Of a stretch of 64,000 nucleotides of DNA, positions 25,707 through 34,653 are shown piece by piece. Where the stretch lies: positions 30,889-94,888 of the forward strand of contig CAJIYJ010000001.1 of the NCBI GenBank assembly GCA_905181625.1. The letters are read 5' to 3'. The stretch is from an uncultured Flavobacteriaceae bacterium. GTDB lineage: Bacteria; Bacteroidota; Bacteroidia; Flavobacteriales; Flavobacteriaceae. Numbering within the stretch: position 1 is the first letter of the stretch; every line of letters starts with the position of its first letter. The translations under genes and the position numbers were made by a program. The notes under the pieces were generated by a model. The model searched no databases, was not told the origin of the DNA, and worked only from the letters and a program-made list of their open reading frames with translations.

Positions 25707-26786
25707 TTGATTTCAATTGTTATAATATCGGCTTTTTATGTTCTTAGTTTAATAATTTTTATTACTAAAAAAAGAAGTAATAAGAATATATTTCACTTAG
25801 ACTATCTCCTAATTCATTTAGCTACTCTTTTATTAATTATTTTGGCAATTATAGGAATATATTATTTTAAAATAGAAAACTACTTCTATGTGAACTTCTT
25901 GAATGTAATTCATATTTTAATGTTAATTTTTTTAATTCTACATGTGAAATCTGCCATAATGGGATATAAATCAAAAATTAATTTCTATTATTTTATTCCA
26001 ATATTCATTTACTTAGTTGTCAATATATTAAACTATTACGGTATTTATATCTTAGAGGTTAATTCAAGAAGTTACATGAATTTTTTAGATTCTAAAGAAA
26101 TAGACCTTAATTATTATGGTGATAAAATCGTAAAAATTCTTGTGTCATTTCCATTGATTTTATATTTAATGAACTTTTTATTTATTAATATAAAAAAATC
26201 TTCATCTGTTATAAGTAAAAAAACCTATTCAATTTGGATCTATAGTTTTTGTCTTCTTTCTATATCTTCATTTATAACAACATTTTTATATTATTACGAA
26301 GTAATAGATCCTAAGTACGATAACACATTGATAAGTCTTACTCAATATACATGGATAGCTATATTCTTAAGTATGGCTCTTAACCCTTTTATATTACCCT
26401 ACTTACCTTTAATCAGCAATATTAAAAATGTTGTATTTGAAAATGATTTAAAAATATTTGATAAAATAATACATTCATTTAGTGTAGAGAAAATTTACCT
26501 TGATCCTTCCTTAAATTTAAGAAAAGTAAGTTCTAATCTCGAATTAACTGAAAACATGGTCAGGGGATTAATAAAAATCAATACAGATGAAAATTTCAAT
26601 GATTTTGTAAACAGATATAGAATAGAGCATTCTATTGTTTTGATGCAATCCTCCTTTTTGAAAAGCAATTCAATTGTTTCATTAGGAAAAGAATCAGGGT
26701 TTCGGTCTCATCATACTTTCTTTAGAGCTTTTAAAAAGCTAAAGAAGACTACACCCAATAAGTTTCACCAATCCTACGGAAAATAA
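25707..26786 (+). CDS. Polytopic membrane protein fused to a C-terminal AraC-type HTH DNA-binding domain
   Basis: 359-aa ORF with a TTG start. About 240 residues consist of repeated hydrophobic segments. These are followed by LRKVSSNLELTENMVRGLIK...SLGKESGFRSHHTFFRAFKKLKKTTPNKF, an AraC/XylS double-HTH signature. Confidence 0.65.
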   Translation: MISIVIISAFYVLSLIIFITKKRSNKNIFHLDYLLIHLATLLLIILAIIGIYYFKIENYFYVNFLNVIHILMLIFLILHVKSAIMGYKSKINFYYFIPIFIYLVVNILNYYGIYILEVNSRSYMNFLDSKEIDLNYYGDKIVKILVSFPLILYLMNFLFINIKKSSSVISKKTYSIWIYSFCLLSISSFITTFLYYYEVIDPKYDNTLISLTQYTWIAIFLSMALNPFILPYLPLISNIKNVVFENDLKIFDKIIHSFSVEKIYLDPSLNLRKVSSNLELTENMVRGLIKINTDENFNDFVNRYRIEHSIVLMQSSFLKSNSIVSLGKESGFRSHHTFFRAFKKLKKTTPNKFHQSYGK

Positions 26787-26796
26787 AAAATTCTGA

Positions 26797-27000
26797 CTAT
26801 GATTTAGTCTTTCTAATCAAGATTCTAATTAATACCCAAATTGGAAATATTATTCCACATAAAAAAGATGGTATAAGAGTGAGCTCTTTAAGAAATCCTG
26901 TTAATACTGTTTCCATTTCATTTAAGTATAACAAGTAGAAAACTCCAATATTACACCAGGAAAATAGTGCTATAATAACTAAATATTTGTTTTTCATCAC
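26797..27000 (-). CDS. Hypothetical small membrane protein
   Basis: 67-aa ORF with two hydrophobic segments. No recognisable motif. Confidence 0.3.
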   Translation of the reverse strand: MMKNKYLVIIALFSWCNIGVFYLLYLNEMETVLTGFLKELTLIPSFLCGIIFPIWVLIRILIRKTKS

Positions 27001-27196
27001 TTATAATTTATAACAGTTAACAAAGGAAATAAAAGGAACTAAACAGCATATTGATAAATTTAATAAAAATTATCCCTTATCACTAATTCACATTTAATTG
27101 TCTGCTAAATGAGATTTTGAAAGAATAAAATCCGAGAATAATAAAAAATATTTTCTTAATTAATTTAAATAAAACACTTTTCAAAACAAAACTTAA

Positions 27197-27337
27197 TTAA
27201 GTTAACATCCACATTATAAACACTCCAAAAACAAGAGCTTTATACCATGAGAACCAATATCCTTGATAATAAGATAGACCATATGCAATTCTTTTTTTTT
27301 CAGTAAAGTTTATATGCCATTTAAATAGATTAATCAT
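27197..27337 (-). CDS. Unannotated 46-aa ORF with a C-terminal hydrophobic helix
   Basis: Hand translation gives MINLFKWHINFTEKKRIAYGLSYYQGYWFSWYKALVFGVFIMWMLT*. It is below the 60-aa track cutoff. It lies 34 nt downstream of the CDP-alcohol phosphatidyltransferase stop, on the same strand. Confidence 0.25.
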   Translation of the reverse strand: MINLFKWHINFTEKKRIAYGLSYYQGYWFSWYKALVFGVFIMWMLT

Positions 27338-27371
27338 AATTTAAATATAAAAATTATCAAATTACAAAAAT

Positions 27372-28145
27372 TTACAGAGGTTTAAGAAAAATTTTTCTTA
27401 AGGAAACAAATACCAATACTAGAACTGAATAACCAATGAAAAACGGAATTACATAGGCTTGTAGTTTAAAAACCAACATAAGTGCAATAAGTAGCAGTTG
27501 AAAACCAAGACCATACATAGATACTAGGGTCATAAACCATTTTGGAAAGGGAGGACTGTCTTTTGCATTTTTATCCATATAATACATGATCTTATCAAAT
27601 GAGATATATAAAATGTCATAAATTTTATAGGAAATATTGACCGTTTTTTGACTCTCCCCTTTGAGTGCTTTTGGAACGGAATCTTCAAAAATTCTACTAG
27701 TAGAATCACCTTTTACAGCATTTCGTAAAATGACATAATAATAGTTATAAACTGTTCCTTGAAGTTGAATCCCAAAAAAAGCGATTAACATATAGATTAT
27801 TGAATCTTCGGATATGTACCAAAAGGTTAATAAAAAAGAAAAATTAAGTATGATGTCTGCTATTGAATCATAATAACGTCCAGTATAAGAAGGTGTGTTT
27901 TTTAGACGTGACAGTTCACCGTCTGCGGCATCCAAGATAGATTTTAATATAATAAAAAAAGCGGCTGTTATATAGTGCTCATAAAGAATTAATCCAATTG
28001 CTATTAGCCCCGCTACAATAAACATAGTTGTGACATGAATTGGGGTAAAACGGGTATATTTAAGCTGGCTAGCAATCCAATGACCTGCTGGACGTCCGTA
28101 ATCAGATAAATCTAAAAATTGATATTTTTTTGGAAGTTTTGCCAA
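27372..28145 (-). CDS. CDP-alcohol phosphatidyltransferase family protein
   Basis: 257-aa polytopic ORF. The motif DAADGELSRLKNTPSYTGRYYDSIADI fits D-G-x2-(A/S)-R-x8-G-x3-D-x3-D. Confidence 0.75.
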   Translation of the reverse strand: MAKLPKKYQFLDLSDYGRPAGHWIASQLKYTRFTPIHVTTMFIVAGLIAIGLILYEHYITAAFFIILKSILDAADGELSRLKNTPSYTGRYYDSIADIILNFSFLLTFWYISEDSIIYMLIAFFGIQLQGTVYNYYYVILRNAVKGDSTSRIFEDSVPKALKGESQKTVNISYKIYDILYISFDKIMYYMDKNAKDSPPFPKWFMTLVSMYGLGFQLLLIALMLVFKLQAYVIPFFIGYSVLVLVFVSLRKIFLKPL

Positions 28146-28451
28146 TCCTATATAAAAAGATTATATGCTTAAGTCTACAAAAGTACAATCATTTTTTGGA
28201 CTTTAATTTGGTTAAGGATTTTATAAAATAATAGTGGAAATACATGACTACTATTATTAATAATTTAATTTTAATATATTTAATTGTTAAACAATTAACA
28301 AAGAAAAAAATAATATCACTTTTTCCATAAACATAATTATCTAAATATTATCAGTCTAAACTATTTGTATAGAAAGATGACTTTTATTTATAATCTCAAT
28401 TAACTATCCAATTGCATTCTTATATGTATATTATTATAAACATAAAATATC

Positions 28452-29879
28452 ATGAAATTTATTAGACTTTTTACACTTATAACTTTATTCATATCATGCT
28501 CTAACAATGTTGAAGAAAAAAAATCAATTTCATTTTCTGAAAAAAACTATGATGAGGCATTTCAATTAATTGAATATTGGCTTAACGCTCAAAAAGATTA
28601 TGAAAACTTGCCAGGTTTGACTGCAATGGTTGGTAATGAAGATGGAGTGATTTGGTCTGAAGCCTTTGGGATGGCAAGTGATACCAACATGATGAGTATT
28701 GAAAATACTTTTAGTATTTGCTCAATTTCTAAATTATTCACATCTATTGCTATAATGAAGCTTGTTGAAGAGCAGAAAATAAACTTAAATGACCCTATAG
28801 ATAAATTGTTACCATGGTTTGATTTAAAACAACAATTTAAAAACTCTCCACCCTTAACAATAAAATCGATTTTAACTCATTCTTCTGGATTACCCAGAGA
28901 ATCAAATCATCCATATTGGTCTTGGCCAGATTTCCCATTTCCAACAAAAGATGAGGTGGTAAAGGACCTTAAAAATCAGGAAATGTTATATCCTAGCTCT
29001 AAGTATTATCAGTATAGTAATTTAGGTTTATCCCTTCTGGGATATGTTATAGAGGAGGTTTCTGGAGAATCTTTTGACGATTATGTAACCAAAAATATTT
29101 TAGATCCATTAACAATGGACAATACCAAAACATATATGTCAAATGAAGAATACGGAGGAGTGCTTTCAGTTGGATATTCGTCAATAAAAAGAAATAGAAA
29201 CAGGGAGAAAGTTAATTTCTTTAATGCAGAAGGAATAAGAGCAGCAGCAGGGTTTACATCTAATGTAGAAGATCTTGCAAAGTTTGCTGCTTGGCAAATT
29301 CAACTATTAAAATCTCTAGAAAAAAATATCATTTCTTCAGAAACATTAAAAGAAATGCATAAAGTAAATTGGGACGATGAATTAACTTCTGTAACTAGGG
29401 GCTTAGGGTTTGGAGTATATAATCTTAATGGTGAAACATTTGTAGGTCATGGCGGGTCTTGTCCAGGATATAGATCACAACTATATTTAAGTCCAGATAC
29501 GGGAATTTCATATTCTGTTTTGATTAACTCAAGTGGCACCAACCCTGGGAGATATATTCAAGGAATACATAGGATTTTAAAAAAAGTAACTAAAAAAAAA
29601 GAAACTCTTTCAAACAAATTTAAAGAAATGGAAGGGGTTTATAGCGCTCAACCCTGGGGAAGTGAAACTTATATTCAATCATGGGGAAATTATTTAGCAC
29701 TTTTAGACATACCTTCTAATTCTCCAGATCTAACATTATATAAAATGATTAAAAAAGATGTTTTTAAAAGAATTTTAAAAAATGGTGAATTAGGGGAAAA
29801 GCTAGAAATTTTAAGAGATGAAAAAAAATTAATAATTGGCTTTAAATCTCATCAAAACATATATTCTAAATTAGAATAA
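28452..29879 (+). CDS. Serine hydrolase of the beta-lactamase / PBP (class C-like) family, lipoprotein
   Basis: 475-aa ORF. S-x-x-K (CSISKLFT), Y-x-N (YQYSNLG) and HGG (VGHGGSCPGY) motifs. Signal plus lipobox LFISC. Confidence 0.8.
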   Translation: MKFIRLFTLITLFISCSNNVEEKKSISFSEKNYDEAFQLIEYWLNAQKDYENLPGLTAMVGNEDGVIWSEAFGMASDTNMMSIENTFSICSISKLFTSIAIMKLVEEQKINLNDPIDKLLPWFDLKQQFKNSPPLTIKSILTHSSGLPRESNHPYWSWPDFPFPTKDEVVKDLKNQEMLYPSSKYYQYSNLGLSLLGYVIEEVSGESFDDYVTKNILDPLTMDNTKTYMSNEEYGGVLSVGYSSIKRNRNREKVNFFNAEGIRAAAGFTSNVEDLAKFAAWQIQLLKSLEKNIISSETLKEMHKVNWDDELTSVTRGLGFGVYNLNGETFVGHGGSCPGYRSQLYLSPDTGISYSVLINSSGTNPGRYIQGIHRILKKVTKKKETLSNKFKEMEGVYSAQPWGSETYIQSWGNYLALLDIPSNSPDLTLYKMIKKDVFKRILKNGELGEKLEILRDEKKLIIGFKSHQNIYSKLE

Positions 29880-29990
29880 TAGTTAAAACCATCTATAATT
29901 ATTGTAGCAGTCTAAGCATGTTTATGTAGTATCTGTTTTATTTAATCTGATTTATTATTGAGACTTACAATAATAAAGTGTGGTATTATG

Positions 29991-30731
29991 TTAAATACTA
30001 AATTTAATTTCTTTTAGCTTAATAAAACCCAAAGCATCCAATAATTTAATAATCAAAAATGTAATATCAATTTCATGCCATTTTACTCCGAAATTAGCAT
30101 TACTTGCATGCTTGTGATGATTATTGTGATATCCTTCACCCATCATTAAAAAATCAAAATAGAAGAGGTTTTTACTAGTATTTTTCATTTTATAGTTTAC
30201 GTAGCCATAAATATGGCCAAACCAGTTGATAATCGCGCCATGGATTGGAGCCATTAAAAAAGTTATAGGAAACAATAACCATTGCCACCAAGATGTTACA
30301 AAAAATGAAAAGTATAATAAATAAGAGAAAATCCAAAATATACGAGAAAAATTAGAACTCGCAAATAAATCAAAACTTTTCCACTGCGGAACATTTTTAC
30401 TGAAACGCTGATCAACATCAAGACGTTGTTCATTAATATCGTGATAGATTGTTTTGGTTTTCCACATCATTGCAAATAAGCTAGCATCATGAGATGGAGA
30501 ATGAGGATCTTTTTCGGTATCTGTGTATGCATGATGCATACGGTGCATGATTCCATAACCATAAGCACTTAAATAGCTAGGACCTTGAAAAATCCAAGTC
30601 AAAATAAAGGTAATTCGCTCCATCGTTTTTGACATTGTAAAAACTTGATGAGCCGCATAACGGTGTAGAAAGAAAGATTGGAAGAATAACCCACCATACC
30701 ATAGCACTAGAATGAAAATAGTAACTGCCAT
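29991..30731 (-). CDS. Membrane acyl-lipid/acyl-CoA desaturase (delta-9-like fatty acid desaturase)
   Basis: 246-aa ORF with three His boxes: HRYAAH, HRMHH and HNNHH. Confidence 0.85.
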   Translation of the reverse strand: MAVTIFILVLWYGGLFFQSFFLHRYAAHQVFTMSKTMERITFILTWIFQGPSYLSAYGYGIMHRMHHAYTDTEKDPHSPSHDASLFAMMWKTKTIYHDINEQRLDVDQRFSKNVPQWKSFDLFASSNFSRIFWIFSYLLYFSFFVTSWWQWLLFPITFLMAPIHGAIINWFGHIYGYVNYKMKNTSKNLFYFDFLMMGEGYHNNHHKHASNANFGVKWHEIDITFLIIKLLDALGFIKLKEIKFSI

Positions 30732-30782
30732 ATTTTTATTATAAAGATAGTGTCATAAGACAAACCAAACAATGAACTTAAA

Positions 30783-31367
30783 TCAATAAAGCGTATGTAT
30801 CAAACGTTTTCTGATTCTACTTAAAGCTTGTGCTGTAACACCAATATAAGAACTGATATATTTTAAAGGAATTGACTCTAACAGTTCTGGCCTTTCCTTA
30901 AATAATTTTAAATAACGCTGCTCCGCAGTAAGATTTAATAGGTTTTGCTCACGATTAGATTTTATTAAAAAAAGATCTTCTGCAGTTAACCTTCCTATAA
31001 GATTTCCTATTTGTGTTGATTTATAAACCGATTGTAAATCGTCATAAGTAAGACTCAATATAGTAGTTTCAGTTAGTGCTTGTAATTGATAAACTGAGGG
31101 TGATTGTGTTAAAAAAGAATCATAGGCACTGATAAATTGATTTTTAAAACTAAATCCAAAGGTGATTTCTTTTTCTGGATTATCCTTAGGAATAAACAGA
31201 CGGACAATTCCAGATTCAATAAAGGATATTTGATTTTCTATCTCATTTACTTTTAAAAAAATTGATTTCTTTTCAATTACTCTACGCTGTAATTTTGATG
31301 TAAAAAAACTCCAATCTAAGTTAGATATGGTAGCTATTTGATCTAAGTATGCTTTTATCTGTTGCAA
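30783..31367 (-). CDS. Crp/Fnr family transcriptional regulator
   Basis: 194-aa ORF with a TTG start. It has an N-terminal cNMP-binding-like beta-roll (FIESGIVRLF) and a C-terminal HTH (ISSYIGVTAQALSRIRKRL). Confidence 0.75.
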   Translation of the reverse strand: MQQIKAYLDQIATISNLDWSFFTSKLQRRVIEKKSIFLKVNEIENQISFIESGIVRLFIPKDNPEKEITFGFSFKNQFISAYDSFLTQSPSVYQLQALTETTILSLTYDDLQSVYKSTQIGNLIGRLTAEDLFLIKSNREQNLLNLTAEQRYLKLFKERPELLESIPLKYISSYIGVTAQALSRIRKRLIHTLY

Positions 31368-31520
31368 ATGTTTTAATCGAAATTATCTATACTCAAATAT
31401 AAGAATTCTTGTCTGATGAACTTATGAATTGGAATATTTAACATAAGATCACAACAACTATACCTATTCGTTAGCCTCTAAAACCCTTGTAGAATCTGTA
31501 CTAACTATTCTTTTTATAAG

Positions 31521-32180
31521 TTATTTTAAACCATCCCATTCAGCATAAAACTGATCTAAGTATTGTTCCATAAATTGATGACGTTGTTTTGCTATTATTT
31601 TACCGGTTTTGGTGTTCATTTTTTCGCATAGTAATAACAATTTTTCGTAAAAATGATTAATAGTTGGTGCAGTAGAATGCTTGTACTCTTGCTTGGTTAT
31701 GTTCGTATCGGGCTTAATAGAGGGATCAAAAAGTTTTCGATTTTTGAAACCACCATAATTAAAGCAACGTGCAATGCCTATAGCTCCTATTGCATCCAAC
31801 CTGTCTGCATCTTGAACAACATCTAATTCTAAGGAAGTGAATTTTCTTTGTTTTTCTAAAGATTTATTAAATGATATGTTATTAATTATATCAACCACAT
31901 TATTAATAACTAAGCTGTCTACATTGTGTTTAAAAAGAAATTCTCTTGCCCTTTTAGGGCCAATGGTGTCGTCTCCATTATGGAATTTACTGTCAGCAAT
32001 ATCATGTAAAAGAGCTGCTAATGCAACTACAAATTTGTCAACTTTTTCGTTTTTTGAAATCAGTTTTGCGTTGTTATAAACACGTAAGGTATGAAACCAA
32101 TCATGGCCACCTTCTGCATCTTTCAAGTTTATCTTTACATGGTCTTTTGTTGCTTGGATAATATTATCTCTAATACTCAT
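31521..32180 (-). CDS. HD-domain metal-dependent phosphohydrolase
   Basis: 219-aa ORF. It has HDWFHTLRV, LLHDIAD and DADRLDAIG motifs. Confidence 0.8.
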   Translation of the reverse strand: MSIRDNIIQATKDHVKINLKDAEGGHDWFHTLRVYNNAKLISKNEKVDKFVVALAALLHDIADSKFHNGDDTIGPKRAREFLFKHNVDSLVINNVVDIINNISFNKSLEKQRKFTSLELDVVQDADRLDAIGAIGIARCFNYGGFKNRKLFDPSIKPDTNITKQEYKHSTAPTINHFYEKLLLLCEKMNTKTGKIIAKQRHQFMEQYLDQFYAEWDGLK

Positions 32181-32276
32181 GTCAAAAATAAAAATTTATT
32201 TTTTAGTCTAAAACTAAGTTAAACAAAAAATTAAAAACCTAAAACAAGGAGTCAGTATAATTGAAAATAAAAAAAG

Positions 32277-33263
32277 CTATTTATCATTAACTAGTGAGTA
32301 ACCTAGAGTTTTTCGAAAAGTATTTTCAACAAACAAAGGATTTAAATTTCTCCACTTTTTGAGCATTTTCCATGCAGACTGATCGCTAGAAAACGCATAA
32401 ACATTTTCTGGATTTATTTTTTTTGAATGTGCACCATTACAAATGCTAACACATAATCTTGCTGCTATTAAGTAATAAAGAATTTTGATTTCATTTTCTA
32501 GAATTGGAAGTACATTGTTATATGATTCTAAAATTATGACAGCCCAGTCCAAAGGATTTTCTTTATCATAAGAGGCATAGGTCATAGCAATTGCAACCTC
32601 ATTAATTAGTGGTGAGTATACCAAGTCTCCGAAATCAATAATAGAAGAAACTTTTCCGTTTATTATAAGTACATTCCATTCGTTTGCATCACTATGAATA
32701 ATAGATTTTCTTAAAGAAGAAATTACTGGACTAACATGTTCTTCAAATTGAATATAAAAATAATTAACTAAAATTTTATCATTTTCAAGATTAAGATCGT
32801 TAATATACTTTTTGTTTAAGTGAAAGTATTGCAGGTCCCAGTTCCATATTCTACCTTCTATAATAATATTATTATATGACTGTAGTCTCCTATTCATTTT
32901 AGCAAGAAAAGTTCCTAAAGATTCGAAAATTTCTTTAGTATTTTTAACGCTTCCAAGCATTTTTCCGTCTAGAAAAGATAACATTCTACATATAAATATT
33001 TCTTTATCTATTTCTAGAGTTTTTAAATATACCCCATCAACGAATTTTATTGGACTAGGAAATTTATTGTTGTTTTTAGATAAAAATAATAGGACTTCAT
33101 TTTCACCATGAATAATTGATTCTAAATCTACGCTATATGAATATTTTTTGAATATATACTTGTTGTCAGTTGTATTAACTAAATAATTTTCATTTTCATA
33201 TCCATTAAGCTTTTCAATTGAAATAATTTTAAAATTAAAATTTTCTTCAATTATTTTATTCAT
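32277..33263 (-). CDS. Phosphotransferase (APH / homoserine kinase type II-like protein-kinase fold)
   Basis: 328-aa ORF. Brenner motif IIHSDANEWNVLI (HxDxxxxN) followed by IIDFGD. Confidence 0.7.
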   Translation of the reverse strand: MNKIIEENFNFKIISIEKLNGYENENYLVNTTDNKYIFKKYSYSVDLESIIHGENEVLLFLSKNNNKFPSPIKFVDGVYLKTLEIDKEIFICRMLSFLDGKMLGSVKNTKEIFESLGTFLAKMNRRLQSYNNIIIEGRIWNWDLQYFHLNKKYINDLNLENDKILVNYFYIQFEEHVSPVISSLRKSIIHSDANEWNVLIINGKVSSIIDFGDLVYSPLINEVAIAMTYASYDKENPLDWAVIILESYNNVLPILENEIKILYYLIAARLCVSICNGAHSKKINPENVYAFSSDQSAWKMLKKWRNLNPLFVENTFRKTLGYSLVNDK

Positions 33264-33343
33264 TTAATAAATGTATTCATTATTATAAATAAAGTAACAT
33301 TTGTTCGATGTTATAAAAGTTGTATTTTAATGTGATTAAATTA

Positions 33344-33369
33344 AAAACCCTCCATATAAAGAGGGTTTT
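33344..33369 (-). terminator. Rho-independent terminator-like hairpin downstream of the 33452.. gene
   Basis: The sequence aaaaccctc-catataaa-gagggtttt has a GC-cored stem flanked by an A-run and a T-run. It therefore works on either strand and lies about 85 nt past the minus-strand stop. Confidence 0.5.
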
Positions 33370-33451
33370 AATTTAATTATTTAGATTGTATTTATTTAAT
33401 AAGAGTCCTATAACTACCTTCAACTACTTCTGTTAGACTATTCCATTTTTT

Positions 33452-34154
33452 TCATTGACTTTTAGATGTTCCCTTTCCATAAATTTCATTTAAATACTTA
33501 TTAGCATTAAATTTCCAGGTCTCAATACTTTCCATTGATTCGTGAGGCCAAACTATATAAAAATCAGCTTCAAAATTATCTTTAAGTTCAGGGTAAAAGA
33601 TTCTGAATTCTTGACTAGAATTCCTTTCTTCAAATGCTTTCTTCCATCTGTAAAGCATTTTTTCTACATCATTTCTAGCATTAGGTTTATCAGTGATTTT
33701 AAATCCTACTACTTCTAAAACATTCGCATCATAGTTAACAGATTCATTTGAATATGAAATAGGTGTTTGTAGGCTATAATAATTTGTGCTTAGCACATCT
33801 TTTATTAATGGAGAGATATTTAAATCCCAATCTTCTTGATGCCCTTCAATTTCACCTTTTGAATCCACATAGGAATATTGCATAGGTCCTTCTGCCCATG
33901 AATAATATCCTGAATTCATTCCAGTAGTAATATAACGAAGAGCTGTTGTTGGCCCACCTTCTTTATTATGAAACTTAGAATCGTGTAATTTGATTTTTTC
34001 AATAAATTCATTTTTAAACTGATTTCTACCATCAATAAATAAATTTCCATTCATTTTTGATTACCTCTGATTCGGCTATGATCTTCTCTTTTTCTTTTTC
34101 ATTACAAGAGATAAATGCCAATCCTAAGGCTAAAACTAATAATAATTTTTTCAT
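33452..34154 (-). pseudogene. Lipoprotein gene of unknown function with its signal peptide in a different frame (frameshift or sequencing error)
   Basis: ORF 34032..34154 reads MKKLLLVLALGLAFISCNEKEKEKIIAESEVIKNEWKFIY*, a perfect lipoprotein signal. The 200-aa body ORF (33452..34054) is in the +1 frame and overlaps it. The frames can only join within 34035..34060, which contains a run of five A (gene sense) at 34054..34058. Confidence 0.5.
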
Positions 34155-34249
34155 GTTGTATATTTTAAATATGCTATAAATATAATAATTATATATTAAT
34201 ACAAATTAAAAGCTTAGCGCATAAAGTTTAAGTCTTAAAGAAAAATATT

Positions 34250-34303
34250 ATGAAACAAGCATATATAGTAAAAGCATACCGTACGGCAGTAGGAGAGCGA
34301 TAG
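34250..34303 (+). pseudogene. Start stub of an acetyl-CoA acetyltransferase (thiolase) gene
   Basis: MKQAYIVKAYRTAVGER* matches the conserved thiolase N-terminus (M..AYIV.AYRTAVGK...) and then stops. The downstream 170 nt are open in another frame (…ILEGDPVEIEIEDKNSGSALRAFRKLSIDYEIIE*) with no thiolase similarity. Confidence 0.5.
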
Positions 34304-34653
34304 CAAAATGTATTGCGGAAATTTCATCTAATATTAGCGGATCTCTCTCAGTTGAGCTTACAGAAATAATATTGGAAGGAGACCCTGTAGAAATTGAAAT
34401 TGAAGACAAAAATTCTGGTTCTGCTTTAAGAGCCTTTCGAAAACTAAGTATTGATTACGAAATTATAGAATAAATTAAGCTTTAAATAGATTTCAAAAAT
34501 AAATAATTTAATCCCTTTTAACATAACGGCATCATTTTATAATACTGGCAATTCTAGGTAAGTATAAAGGTTATAAATAATGTTTCTAATTAAAAGATTC
34601 ATGTCATACTTTGAATGTGTATTTTTGTCGCTCTAAAAATGAATTAAAACCTT

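Noticed and set aside
28281-28297. The palindrome TAATTGTtaaACAATTA in the divergent promoter region between the CDP-alcohol phosphatidyltransferase and beta-lactamase-like genes.
   Set aside because: A 7-bp all-A/T-rich inverted repeat is likely by chance in a 300-nt spacer of this composition. No regulator can be linked to it.
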